From: the human T2T-CHM13v2.0 reference genome, Homo sapiens
Strand: one strand, 5' to 3'
NCBI RefSeq assembly: GCF_009914755.1
Contig: NC_060940.1
Length of the DNA: 64,000 nt
The stretch's first letter is position 1. Every line of letters starts with the position of its first letter. Shown one piece after another: positions 1-13,239 of the stretch. The notes under the pieces are model-generated. The model was not told the origin of the DNA. It saw only the letters and a list, made by a program, of their open reading frames with translations, and made no database searches. A program made the position numbers and the translations under genes.

Positions 1-1194
1 GTGAAAACACCAAGAGATTCGCTATAGATATCGGATGTGAAGAATCACAGGGTGCATCCACCTAACTCCCCTGCTTTATAGATGGGAAAGCTGAGGTGCA
101 GAGAGAGTGAATCACACCAGCTGTCATTTACTGCACACTTGTTAGTCACCAGGCACCGTGCTCACTGTAAACATACTTGCAATTAGTCTGCATTACAACC
201 TCCTAACGTGGGGAGAGATTTGGGGAATGCAGGGTTAAAGAAATGTAAACAGGTTTTGCTATTGATTTTGACTGCAGGACTTTTTAGAGCCTTGAATATG
301 CTTGTGCTTATGTGCACCGCGAATCTCTAAGAAACAGATAGAGGAGGCTGGATTTCCCCAAGTGATGGGGCAAGGGAAGATCTTTTCATGGAGCATCACC
401 TGGGACACATTCTGGTTGTAGATTTGAACCACATATATCATTGCAAGACAACATTTGTTCAAATGCCCAATGAATGGTTCAGGCTGCAAGTGCTCTGAAT
501 TCCAAAGACAGGAGGGGTCACCTTGCATTTATCCACCACTGAGTAAATGTGTTGAGGGCTCCTTCTAGTGCAGGGCATGAAGGTTTTGCCAGAGTGGGGT
601 GTGCACGCGACGAAAAGGGAAATGGGCATGCTAGACATTGCCAATGAGCACAAATGCAAGGTTCCCTCTGCCCTGGCCACAAGGAAGACTGTGCTTTTTA
701 GCTCTCCCGTCACTAGAGAGAGTCTCCCATGAGTGGCTCGGGGTGGGCTGTCAGCACGGTAACGTACCTGGGCCATCCCCAGACTCAGCCATAAAAGAGC
801 GTGCAGGACTGTCTTACTCTCAAGTTTGTGTGCTTTCTCCCCTCTCTGGCAAGTGTGAAAGCGTCATGTTGGGAAGACAGAGCAATGAGAGGGAATCAGC
901 CTGGACCACTGAGTCACCATGCCGAGGACAGTTGCCCTGGCGGGCTGCCTGAAACTGCAGTGGGCTTGGCATGAGTGAGAGTTGGATTTCTGTTGTGTTA
1001 CCTACTGCGATTTGGGGGCTGTTTGTTAGGGCGGCATAGCATAGCAGAGCCTCACTGCTACAGAAAGACTTGGCTAAGTGGTGAATCACACATGACTCTT
1101 CCCTTGCAGAGCTCATGGATTAGTAGGGCAGATGAGATCTATGTGTAAAAAACTGTAACAGAGGCTGGGTGGTGGGCCTCAGGGCTTGCCCGAT

Positions 1195-1460
1195 TTCAGA
1201 GCCAGCCCTGGAGAAGTTGCACCAATCGAGCAAAGACTTGAAAGAGAGCATGACCCAGGAGAGTGAATGTCATTCCAGCTGGAAGGAACAGCATGAGCAA
1301 AGATCCAGAGGCCAGAAATTAAGGGGCGTGATGAGTTTGTCAGAGTTGAGGATGTGGGAAGAGAAATGGGAGAAAATAAGGCTAGAAAACACCACTGGCC
1401 CCAAGATCATGCAGGGCCTCACATTTCAGATAAAGGAGTTTGGATGCATTTCTACATACT
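1195..1460 (-). mobile_element. L2 LINE fragment
   Basis: ggaaggaacagcatgagcaaag and ccaagatcatgcagggcc...aaggagtttgga resemble antisense L2 3' region; heavily diverged. Confidence 0.65.
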
Positions 1461-2459
1461 AGCTTTTCTCCAGGAAACCTGAGTCTCGTAATACACACCT
1501 AGAAGGTAAGAGCTTCATCATGAAGACATTTAGAAAAAGCTACACCCCCCACTTCCTTCTTAATATGATGTTAACAGAGTCAAGCCTCTGAGAAGTCCTG
1601 CAGTAAGGAATCCAACTAGATTTGCTTAATGCAGCATTTCTCAGCCCTGTTGGAGCAGGAGCTCTTTTTTGACATACTTGGGGAAACATTGATGAGCAGA
1701 AGGATTTATAAGCGGGAAGATGGCAGGACCAGGCCTGTGAGGCGGGGAGATTCATCAGCAGCAAGGAGACAGACAGGACAGCCGCTGCCAGCTCACATCC
1801 ACCCCCTACCCCCCACCACCCACCTCAGCTGGCCTCGCCGCAGCCAGGCGGACCAGTCCATGCAGGCTCCAGCCCCTCCGTGCTGGCTCATTGTGCCACA
1901 AGCACAGGCCGCTGGTCTCCAGTCCTTCCCAGAACTTCTCCAGTGCCGTGAGGCTGAGGAAGCCCCTCGGGCCTTCCACGTCACCGCAGGGAAGTGGGGA
2001 GTCAGCGCTTGACCCATGAAGGGACGAGATCCATAGATAAGTACTCCTTTTGGGCAGACAATTCTAGGAGGTGTTCTGTGCACGTCTTAGGAGGTCACGG
2101 TGGGACTGCACCCCGTGCCCCAGCAGCGACGTCAATCGCACAGCCTGCTCCTCCTGACTTGCCACTGAACCCATGCGCCCTGGACAACCTCCCAAGGAAC
2201 CCACCACTGCTCCACGGGCAAGTTGCCGGCTGCCTTTGGGGGAGCCCAAGATAAGAGCAGGGGTGGATTAGAAGGATGGTGGGGGAACGAAAGCCACGTG
2301 TGGGAGAAAAGACGATCATGAAAGCTCGTCTAGACCCAGGAAAGAAACCTAAGTGTCCAGATGAACACCGCTCCACAGAGAAGTGGCAGCAGAGCAGTGG
2401 ACGGCAGAAACCACGCCTTGCCGAGCTCCCATGGGGCCAGAATCTACCCCACAATTCGG

Positions 2460-2540
2460 CTTCATCTTAATCTTCTAAGCCTCCCTGCAAAGACTTTTAT
2501 TACTTCTTTGATTTTACAAATTTGGAAACTAAGGCTCAGA
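2460..2540 (-). mobile_element. MIR fragment
   Basis: attttacaaatttggaaactaaggctcagagaag = antisense MIR core. Confidence 0.7.
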
Positions 2541-4024
2541 GAAGTGTGGTTTTACCTCTGAAACACGCAACTTCCCACCCACCCAAAATGAGTGATGGAG
2601 AAAGAACCAACAGGATTGGGCAACTGTTGGATGTTGAGCAAGAGGGAGAGAAGAGTTGACTCGGAGGTTGGTATACTCCAAGAAGGCTTCCTGGAGGAAG
2701 TGGACAATTCAGAACACAGGACCCTTTATCCAAATCAAATACAAATAGGGAACACTATTATTAAGTATTATCTCCTATCTCTGTAAAAAGCCTTGTGGCC
2801 AGGGGGTGTTCTGGAAATGCTAGTTAATTTCTGGTTAAATATTGGATCCCTGGGAGTTCTTTAAAGGCTCGTTTACCCAGCCTGGAAGTTAAGCCTGTAA
2901 CTTAAACGCATTGTCAAAACCAGGAAACATTTACCCCCAAGTCCAGACCACAGCTGAGTCATTGGCCAGGAGAAGCTCAGTCTGTGTGCAGAGAGCTGGA
3001 GATTATCTCATCTTCCAGGCACTTGTAGACATCCAATCTGGACAAATCATGTCCCACTCCCAAGAATCTGCAAGAAATGGCCTGATGTGTCTCCCACAGA
3101 ACAGCCGATGATGATAACTCATTGTCACTCGAGCCAGTGGGCAGATAATGACCCCGCTGACAGGGTCCAGCCTGCTGCTCCGCCCCAGCAGACATGCTCC
3201 AACAATGGCTTCATCATCCTCCCCACCGGGACTGTGTAGATGAGGGAGGTGCCTCCCGCGGTGCAGGCTGTGAGCTCTAAGCAGTCACGCTGGACGCTGG
3301 ACCAGTGCCCTGGGCTGCTCCTCCCTGCAGCCCCACGAGCCCAGGTAGGGATCACCAGAGGTCGTTTCACTCCCAAGTGGAGTGATAAGTCAGTCCTTCT
3401 ACAGGAAGATTTCTCACAAAGTGCCCTACTGCACTGTCAAAGGGTAAAAAGGAGAAAAAAAATAATAAAGCCAGAGGCAAGGGCTCCAGGCAAGAGCAAG
3501 ATGACAATATTTGTACAGCGGGGTTTGGAGAGGAGCCCCCGTGAGAGCCCAGCGTCTGAGAGAGCCAGTCCTTTGAACTGTCCCACCCTTTGTTATGACA
3601 AGAGACTTGATAAGCCCACCCAGCACAGAGACCCTTAGAATCCAGGCATATGGACTCCATTAATCTGCCCTTGCACCTTTTAAGTACTTTGCAGCTCCTG
3701 CCGCCCACAAAATCCAAGCAGAGTGAGAGTCGCAGGGTTAATTTTCTTAAATGGATTTTAGTCAGGCAAGCCCCGGATTTCTTTGGAGGGCAGAAGTTGA
3801 CAGCTCACTGCTGGCCCCAATCTGTCCTTGGGGTAATGACGTCTGCCGCCCCTCAGCATGGGGACCAGATGCGGTCAAGGTGGTGGAAGCAGCAAGCAAT
3901 GGGAAAGCCCAGCCAGCTTAGGCAACCCAGCACGGGGGAAGGCAAGGCGGTGGCTGGGGGACCGCGCCCTGGGTTGCATCCCCGCGTACCACTGGCCGGC
4001 TGTGTGCAAGGTCAGACACACACC

Positions 4025-4170
4025 TTAGATCCTGTGCCCGTTTCCCCTTCTGAAATCAGAAGCCACCATCGCTCCTCTGCCCTGCTGTGAGGAGGATCGT
4101 GAGTTACAATGTGTAAAGCGATGATAACAGTTCATGCCATTAACAAGCGCTCAACCAAGATGTGCCGACT
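4025..4170 (+). mobile_element. MIR fragment
   Basis: ctgtgcccgtttcccc...gtgaggaggatcgtgagttacaatgtgtaaagcg...aagcgctcaa matches MIR 3' half. Confidence 0.65.
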
Positions 4171-5089
4171 GGGTGAGGGAATGAGAAACAACAGCAACCT
4201 TCAAAGCAAGAATGAGCATCAAGACAGCACGCGCCACTGTGCTGAGAGCTTTAGATGTGGTCTTTCCAGCCTTCCCAACCATCCTTCTTGAGATTCTAGG
4301 GGCTAGTAATGCAGATGCCTCCACCAGACTCCAACAATGCCTTCACATTGAGGTGAGCATCCAAACCCAAACTCCCGCCAACAGGGCTGGGGAACCTTCC
4401 GGGGATGCCGGGTGCGGAAAGGTTTTCCCCCTTCATGAAGGGAGGCTCCTGTAGAGGAATGGCTCTCCTGCCTGGAGGGGCTCTGGTGGGGGATGAAGCC
4501 TGGGGTTATGGACACAACCGTATTACATTCACTAGAAGCTGGAAACGACTGGGCGTGGGTGGCAGCGAGAGGGACAAGTATTGAAGTCCCAGGCCACATC
4601 TGCGATGGCCGGGCTAGCCTACCTTGCAGCTCCTTGTTTTCCAAAAGGACGTGATTCTGCCCCATTTCACCCAGCCAGCCAACACTTGGGACTATGGAGA
4701 GGGCCATGGGGGAGGCGAGTGCCAGCCAGGCAAGGATAGTACAGAGACCCACAGGTCACTCACTCATTCACTCCTCAAGTAATGCCTATCAAGCACTTTC
4801 TACAAACCAGATTCCTTCCAGGGGGAAGGGGACTTTTTCCGAGGGGTGCAGCTTCTCAAGCTGGTATTTAGGTGACTGGCCATGTGCACAGACTTGAGGC
4901 CACATGGGGCCCCGGTACCGTTCATCTGCACCATAACTCAATGAAGTAGGGCCGGCATTGAGAAAAGTGGGATTTGAGACATTTAAACAGGTTTTTCCAT
5001 TTGTTTTCACCACAGAACTTGTCAGAGCCTGGAATGTGCCTGTGTGCATGGAGACTCTCCTGGGTGGGTGGCCAAGAGCACGGCACTGG

Positions 5090-5226
5090 GGCTCTCCGGC
5101 CTCCGTGCCCTCATCTTTAGAGTGGGGATGGAAGGAGTAGCCACCTCCTAAGTCTTAGAGGTTGAGCATTCAGTGAGATAAGCCTCTGAACCATTTGACA
5201 CAGTGGTGGCACGTGATCAGTGTCAA
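5090..5226 (+). mobile_element. MIR fragment
   Basis: gcctccgtgccctcatctttagagtggggatg...cacagtggtggcacgtg resembles MIR core and tail. Confidence 0.6.
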
Positions 5227-5983
5227 CCCCGAGAGCCGTGCTGATGTCCGCTCCTCCTCTCCTCCCTGAGCACCTCTGCTCCGCGGAGAAAACACCTGCA
5301 CCAGATCACAGAGGCAACCAGTGTTTCGGTCAGAAAGACAGCGAGCTCCCTGTGGGTCACGCGCTCTGTGGCCTCGTGCTTATCTGTCCTTAGACCCCCA
5401 CCAGTCAGCAGCTCTAGGCTAATCTCTAGACATCTGAGGCCAGCCCACTCGGGGGGCTAGCTGAGCCCCCTCGCCATGAGTGGGTGAACCCTCTAATGAA
5501 TACCCCTCCACAGTGCCGTGCCCGCCTCTGCCTCCCCGGGACACAGCCCTCTCCCTCCTGGCCTTCAAGGGGCGGCTTCGGCGCACACACTCCTTATTTG
5601 TCCTCTTTTTATCTGCTTGGCCACATTCATTTAGAAAAAAAAATGATCTCAGCTCTCAAGACATGCTGTAAGGAGGATAGTACCTGGCCCGCTCTGCAGT
5701 AAATGTCACAGAACACACTTCCCTTGACCACTAAGGCGACTGAAGCCACTCTCCAAGAGCCAGAGACACCTGACCGGCTCCCACCCTGCGAGTGGACTGA
5801 TGAGACCCTGAGGGAGGTCACTGTCCTTCCTCCTGGAGGGAGCCAGCAGTATATGGGGAAGCAAATGGCTCTGTATTTGGTATGAAATGACCGACCTGGA
5901 CCTCAGTAGTTGCTTTTGAATTCTGCTTCGTACACCTCTCTTAAGATTTTTTTTTCTTGTGTTAATAAAATAGCACGGGTATG

Positions 5984-6283
5984 GGCCAGATGCGGTGCCT
6001 TACACCTGTAATCCCAGACTTTGGGAGGCTGAGGTAGGTGAAACTCAAGAGTTCGAGACCAGCCTGGGAAACATGGCAAAACCCCATCTCTACCAAAAAT
6101 ACAAAAAATTAGCCAGGCATCGTGGCACATACTTATAGTCCCAGCTACTAAGGAGGCTGAGATAGGAGGATGGCTTGAACCCAGGAGGCGGAGGTTGCAG
6201 TGAGCAGAGATCACGCCACTGCACTGCAGCCTGGATGACAGAGTGAGACCCTGTCTCAGGGAAAAAAAAAAAAAAAAAAAAAA
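5984..6283 (+). mobile_element. Alu (old, AluJ-like)
   Basis: Dimeric Alu with A-rich linker and poly(A); gagaccctgtctc and ggaggatggcttga are J-type features. Confidence 0.93.
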
Positions 6284-6734
6284 GCATGGGGGAAGAAGGG
6301 AAGAAAGTTACCCAGTTTCCCCAGAGAAATTATTATTTGACAAAAAACGTTTAACACTTAGCAATCTTGGAGTTTCTTTAACTTAATTTATAAATGAGAC
6401 CCCTGGGTTGAATATTTGAGGTCTGCACGTGACAAGTGCCCAGATGAATTTTATCCAGTTCTTGGTGGCGTGGAAAAAGTATTAACGGGCAAGAGGAACC
6501 CAGCTGCGATCACCAAGGCGTTTGGATCTTGCCCATCACGGCTGAAGTGAGGCCTCGCCTTGGAAGCTGGAGTCGGGTGTCCTGGTCTGGAAGCTTTGGA
6601 TTTCCAGGGAGGCTCTCAGGCACCCTGACCGCCCCTGCGTGGCGCTGCCCAACCAGCAAGGATAGCTGCTGCCCAAGGAGTCCCAGGGCCCAGGGACGGC
6701 CTCCTGCCCCATTCCTGCCCAAGGAGCTGGCTTG

Positions 6735-7254
6735 GGGTGGTTGCTGCTGCTGCAGCCATGTTGTCATCACTGCTGCTGTATGGTGGGGGTGTGGTGTTGT
6801 GTGCGTGTTGTCATTGTTGTGGCCACTTTGCAGTGTTGTTCCCACTGTGTTGTGTGATTGTGGCTGCTATGTTGCTGTTGTGCTTTTCTTGATCATGATG
6901 CGTTGCTGGCATTCTCGCTGTGGCCGAGTTGTCCTGACGTTTGTGTTGCTGTGTGGTTGTTGATGATGATGCACTGTCATTGCTGCTGTGTTGCTCTGTT
7001 GTTGCTGTGTTCTTGCTGTCCTTGTCACGCTGTTGTGGTGTTGTGGCTGTGCTGTTGCTGGGGTTGGTGTTGCTGTCACGGTGGTGCTGTGTGTGTCATG
7101 TTATTGGTGCTGTTGTCATCACTGCTGTGTTGTGGTTTTTAATGTTGATGTATCTTCGGTGATGTGATGTTGTCATCATTGGTGCTGAGTTGTTGTTTGG
7201 TTGTTGTGTTGTCGTTCCTGTGTTGTTGTTCCTGCTGTGTCATTGTTGCTGCCC
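6735..7254. repeat. TG-rich degenerate trinucleotide low-complexity tract (TGT/TGC/TGG/TGA)
   Basis: Continuous imperfect TGN repeats. Confidence 0.9.
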
Positions 7255-7567
7255 TGCTGTCGTAACTGTCACTGTGCTGTCGTGATTGTCACCGTGCTGT
7301 CGTGATTCTGTGTTGTCATGATTGTGGCTGTGCTGTTGCGTTTGTCACTGTGTTGTCCTGATTCTCAGTGTGTTGTGATTGTCACTGCGCTGTCGTGATT
7401 CTCACTGTGCTGTCATGGTTGTCACTGTGCTGTTGGGTTTGTCACTGTGTCGTCGTGATTCTCAGTGTGTTGTGATTGTCACTGCGCTGTCATCATTCTC
7501 ACTGTGCCGTCATGGTTGTCACCGCACTGTTGTGATTCTGTGTTGTCATGATTGTCGCTGTGCTGTA
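7255..7567. repeat. Minisatellite, ~20-bp unit tgtcactgtgctgtcgtgat, with 97-bp higher-order period
   Basis: attctcagtgtgttgtgattgtcactgcgctgtc recurs at 7361 and 7458. Confidence 0.85.
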
Positions 7568-7618
7568 CCTGTAACCTGGAGTCCTCTTTGCCACATTCAG
7601 TAGCATCCAGGCATCACT

Positions 7619-7619
<1 letters not shown>

Positions 7620-7659
<40 letters not shown>

Positions 7660-7800
7660 CACGCTCTCTCTCTCTCTCTTTTCCTCTCTCTCCTGGTCTC
7701 TTTCTTTCTCCTTCTCCCCACTTTCTGTCCCTTTCCCCTTCTTCCTTCTTCGTTCATTCCCTCCGTGTTCCCATCCTGTTCTCTATCACCATCTCTGTGT
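7620..7800. repeat. (CT)n microsatellite and pyrimidine-rich tract
   Basis: Direct observation. Confidence 0.9.
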
Positions 7801-8319
7801 CTGTACTCATCACACTCATTCTTGGTTTGAACCATTCTCAGCCAGAGGGAGACCAGAGGCTGAGTCAGGAGGATGCCTGTGAGCCTATTTTTAGGGAAAA
7901 AGCCCAACACGTGATTTACCAGGAATTTGAGCCAGGACACAGTCAGGCAGGCAGGTGATGGCGTTAGCAGCAGACAGTGAACCCCCATCTGGACCAAAAT
8001 GTGCCCAGATGGCTATAGTTTAATTGTGTTTCCGTGCTGCTATTTAATTCATCTTAAACATGGGCATAGGGGAAGAGACTTCAGGACCAGTGAAATGCAA
8101 ACTGAAAAGTAATCAGGAGGATCTGGGCCACCCTTTGGCGTCTGCAGTGAGTTTAAGAGAAGGTCATGAATACACCAGCTTGCCAGAGGCCTTAGATGCT
8201 TCCCTGATGTTCCCAGGCTTTGGTTTCTTCATGCACAAGATAAGAGTGTAATAAGATAATCAGGTCCTCAACCACCAACCGTCTCTACATTCTCTGATTT
8301 CACCTTCAACAGGGTGTAA

Positions 8320-8572
8320 GAATAGCTCACATGTATTAAGGGGTGACTTTGCACCTGGCATGGTTAGGTTATGTGAACTGACTCATAAAATTTTTCCAAC
8401 AGGCCTGTGAGGCAGGTAGCAGCATCACCAACATCCTCTCTGTAAAGACAAGGTGACTGAAACACAGAGAGGTTAATATTTAACTTTCCCGAGGTCACAC
8501 AGTGGGTAAATAATGGAGCCAGGATGCAAACCCACCAGTCTGGCTGCAGAGCTCCCTCAACCATGACTATCC
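8320..8572 (-). mobile_element. MIR, near full length
   Basis: gactgaaacacagagaggttaa...ccgaggtcacacagtgggtaaataatggagccaggatgcaaaccc...gtctggctgcagagc. Confidence 0.85.
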
Positions 8573-8714
8573 AGTTTTGGAGGGTGAGAGTGGGAGTGGC
8601 TGGACACTTCACAGCAAAATTCAGATGGGAAAAGGATAAGCCACTGGCTGCAGAGACTGAATTCCCACACCTATCAGAGGTGTGACTGCAAATTCTCAGG
8701 GGTGTGCCATCGGG

Positions 8715-10745
8715 CAAGAAAAGGAAATAAAATACCTTAATGGAAAGGAAGAAGTAAAATTACCATATTCTCAGATGACATGACCTTACACAGAGAGAGT
8801 CCTAAGGACTATACACTGTACACAACTATTAGAATTAATACACAAGGTCACAGGATGTAAGATCAATGTACAAAACTCAGTTGTGTCTCTGTACTCTAGC
8901 AATGAACAATCAAAAGATGAAGCTAATAATACAATTCCACTCACAATCACATCAAAAAGAAGAGAATACTTAGAAATAAAGTACAAGTCTTGGCTGATGA
9001 AAATTATAAAACTTCACAGAGGAAAATCAAGGATCTCAATAAATGGAGGGACATCCCATGTTCATGGATTGGAAGGTTCATGATTGTTAAAATGTACATT
9101 CTCCCCAAATCGATCTATAGATTCAGTGTGATTCCTATCAAAATTCCAGCAAGCTCTGTTTACAGAAACTGACAAATAGACTCTAAAATTTATGTAAAGA
9201 TGCAAAACACCTAGAGTAAACAAAAACATTTCTGAATAAAAAGAAACTTTCATACCCTGGGCTTTCATATCCTGATTTTTAAATGTGCAAAGAAGCTATG
9301 GTTTCATGACTCTGTGATGCTGGCATCAGAAGAGACATACATCAACAGAATGAACAGAGAGATCAGAAATCAACCCTTATATTGGTAGTCAAATGATTGT
9401 ATACAAAAGTTCCAAGACAATTAATTGAAAAAAGAATAGTCTGTCTATAAACGAAACTGGGAAAATTGGATACCCATATGCAAAAAGATCACTTTAGGCC
9501 CCTGTCTCACCCTACACACAAAAATTAACTCAAAATGGATAATAAACTTAAATGTAAGGGTTAAAACAACAAAGCTGTTAGAAAAAAAACAGAAGAAAAT
9601 CTTTGAGACCTTGGGTTAAGCAAAGATTTCTTAGCCATTACATCAGAAGCACAATCCATAAAATAAAAAAAAAAATTAACAAATTGGACCTCATCAACAT
9701 TTAAAACTTTGGATTTTCAAAATACAATACTAAGAAAATTAAAAGACAAGCAACAGCTGAGAATAAAACATTTGCAAAACACATATCCAATAAAGGACCC
9801 AGAATATACAATAAAGAACACTACAACTCTATGACAAACAAATCCAATCAAAACAAGACAATGGATAGGAACAAGCATTTCAGCAAAGAAGATATACAAA
9901 TGGCTAACACATATATGAAATGGGTGCTGAACATCATTAGCCATTAGGGAAATGCAATTTAAAACCTCAGTGAGATACCACTTTATACCCACTGAACTGA
10001 CTATCATAAATAACACAGACAATAACAAGTGCTGGAGAGGATGTGGAGAAATGGGAACCCTCCTGTGATGCTGGTTATATTATCCATTCTCATGCTGCTA
10101 ATAAAGACATACCCAAGACTGGGTAATCTATAACTGGGTAATGTATAAAGGAAAGAGGTTTAATGGACTCACAGTTCTACACAGCTGGGGAGGCTTCATA
10201 ATCATGGCAGAAGACAAGGAAGAGTAAAGGGATGTCTTACATGGCAGCAGACAAGAGAGCTTGTGCAGGGGAACTCCCCTTTATAAAACCATCGGATCTC
10301 CTGAGACTTATTCACTACCATGAGAACAGCATGGGAAAAACACACCCCCATGATTCAATTACCTCCCACCGGGTCCTTCCCACAACATGTGAGGATTATT
10401 ACAATTCACAGTGAGATTTGGGTGGGGACACAGAGCCAAACTCTATCACTGGTGGGAGTGCAAAATGGTGCAGTCACTTTGGAAAGCAGTTTGGAAGTTT
10501 CTCAAAAAATTAAACAAACTGCTCTGCAAATCAGCAATTCTATTCCTAGGTATCTACTCAAGATAAATGAAAACCTATGTGTTAAAACCTAGAAAACACA
10601 AAGACTCACTACAAATGTTCATGGCAGCATTATTCAAAGTGGCCAAAAATGAAACAACCCAAGTGTTCATCAGCTGGTGAGTAGATAAAGAAATGTGGCC
10701 TCTCCATGCAGTGGGATGTATTCAGTCATAAAAAGGAACAAAGGA
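8715..10745 (+). mobile_element. Old L1 (L1M) ORF2 remnant to 3' region, interrupted by a THE1 LTR
   Basis: Translates in pieces to L1 ORF2 (ENYKT...[36 protein letters not shown]); RT core SDDM at ~8771; many stops and frameshifts. Confidence 0.92.
10076..10448 (-). mobile_element. THE1 (D-like) MaLR solo LTR
   Basis: ataaagacatacccaagactgggtaat...gagatttgggtggggacacagagccaaactctatca; 5-bp TSD CTGGT at 10071-10075 and 10449-10453. Confidence 0.95.
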
Positions 10746-11622
10746 TCTTATGGGAGGATTCGCTTCCCCATTCCTGCTCATCTGCACACCAAGATTCTAG
10801 GCTTCCACCCTGGGTAGCCACTTAACCCCAACCCTGCCACACCTCTGCCAAGATGCCATTAAACTCCCCTCAAGGACCCCATTTAAGTGTGACATCCACT
10901 CCTACCAGGTCTCCATCCTTCCTCCCTCTGTTCTCCCCAGTGTGCCCTCCAGGGCCCCCATGACCAGCCCTCCCATCCTGGCATCACCTTCACTAACCAC
11001 TTAGAGCAAAGGGAGTCCAGGAGACTCCACTGGAAACACTGCTGTCTGTTATTTCCTGAACTGTGGGCTGTGACTCCCTGTGTCCTCTGGAGAAAAGATT
11101 GCCATGTGTATAATTCTCATTTTCCATGACACTTCTGCTCTGTGTGTTGCAATCATGGTGGGTGGTGAGGTTGAAACAAAATCTGTGGCTTGGCTGTGAG
11201 AGAAGAATGGGAGCTCCTCTGTGGACAGAAGCAGCTGCTTGCCTGGCAGGGGAGGTGCAGGGTGAAGATGGTCAGGAAAGAGAAAAAGGGCAGGGAAAAC
11301 CCAGAATGGCACCAATGGGTGTAGGTTCCACTGCCCTTGACCAGTGGGGACAAACTGGACTGCTCTGGGCTGCACATTTTAGAGCAAGTGATGCAGGCTG
11401 GTAAACTGAGGCAGCCTTGGCCCTGGGTCTGGCTGAGAGGCCCCAGGAAGACTGGAATGACCAAGTCCATGAGCCAGGTTGGGAAGTCAGAGTCCCCAGT
11501 GCCCTGCCCTTCTCCCCCTGCCAGGGATTGGTTCAAGTAACTGGGCCAACCAGGGCCCCTCCCTCATGTTTCACCTGAAGCTGGGAGAGAAAACAAGAGC
11601 CCCACAGTGATAAGCTGGGGAG

Positions 11623-11674
11623 AACAAAGTTGAAGTACTCACACTCCCTGATTTTAAAAACTTACCGCAAATAC
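11623..11674 (+). mobile_element. Isolated ~52-bp L1 ORF2 fragment between CTGGGGAG direct repeats
   Basis: 11621-11672 is 47/52 identical to 12872-12923. Confidence 0.8.
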
Positions 11675-11744
11675 CTGGGGAGGCCATGCTGCCCTCCAGG
11701 GCAGAAAACTTGCCTCCCTGAGAGAGGTGGAAATGAGCTTGTGG

Positions 11745-12782
<1,038 letters not shown>

Positions 12783-12784
12783 TT

Positions 12785-13239
12785 AACAATCCTTTTTATA
12801 GAGGTGGAAAAGCTGATCCTAAAATTCATATACAATTCGGAGATACCCCAAATAACCACATTTTTTCTTAAAGAACAAATTTGAAGGACTCACACTCCCT
12901 GATTTTTAAAACTTACTACAAATTTTGGAAACCCCAATCAGTCGCCGTAGTACTGGCATAGAATAGAAATATAGAACAATGGAATAGAACCCAGTCCAGA
13001 AATAAACTCATACTTCTATGGTCACTTTATTTGACAAGGTGCCAAGACCATTCTATAGGGGGAAAAAATGTCTCCTTAATAAATGATTGAGAAAACTGGG
13101 TATCCACATGCCAAATAATGAAGCTGGACCCCTACCTCACACCATATATAAAAATTAACTCAAAATGGATCAAAGGCCCAAATGTAAGAGTTAAAACTAC
13201 AAAACCCTTAGAGGAAAATATAGAGTAAATCTTTATGAT
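12785..13239 (+). mobile_element. L1 ORF2 segment in opposite orientation (inverted part)
   Basis: EVEKLILKFI; ctggaccccta cctcacaccatatataaaaattaactcaaaatggatcaaag is L1 ORF2-like. Confidence 0.88.

Noticed and set aside
6510-7830. Cys/Val/Leu-rich and Gln/Thr/His-rich ORFs
   Set aside because: Translations of the TGN low-complexity tract, minisatellite and (CT)n repeat
8883-9172. ORFs with clear similarity to L1 ORF2
   Set aside because: Fragments of a decayed L1 with frameshifts and stops; recorded as a mobile element, not a CDS
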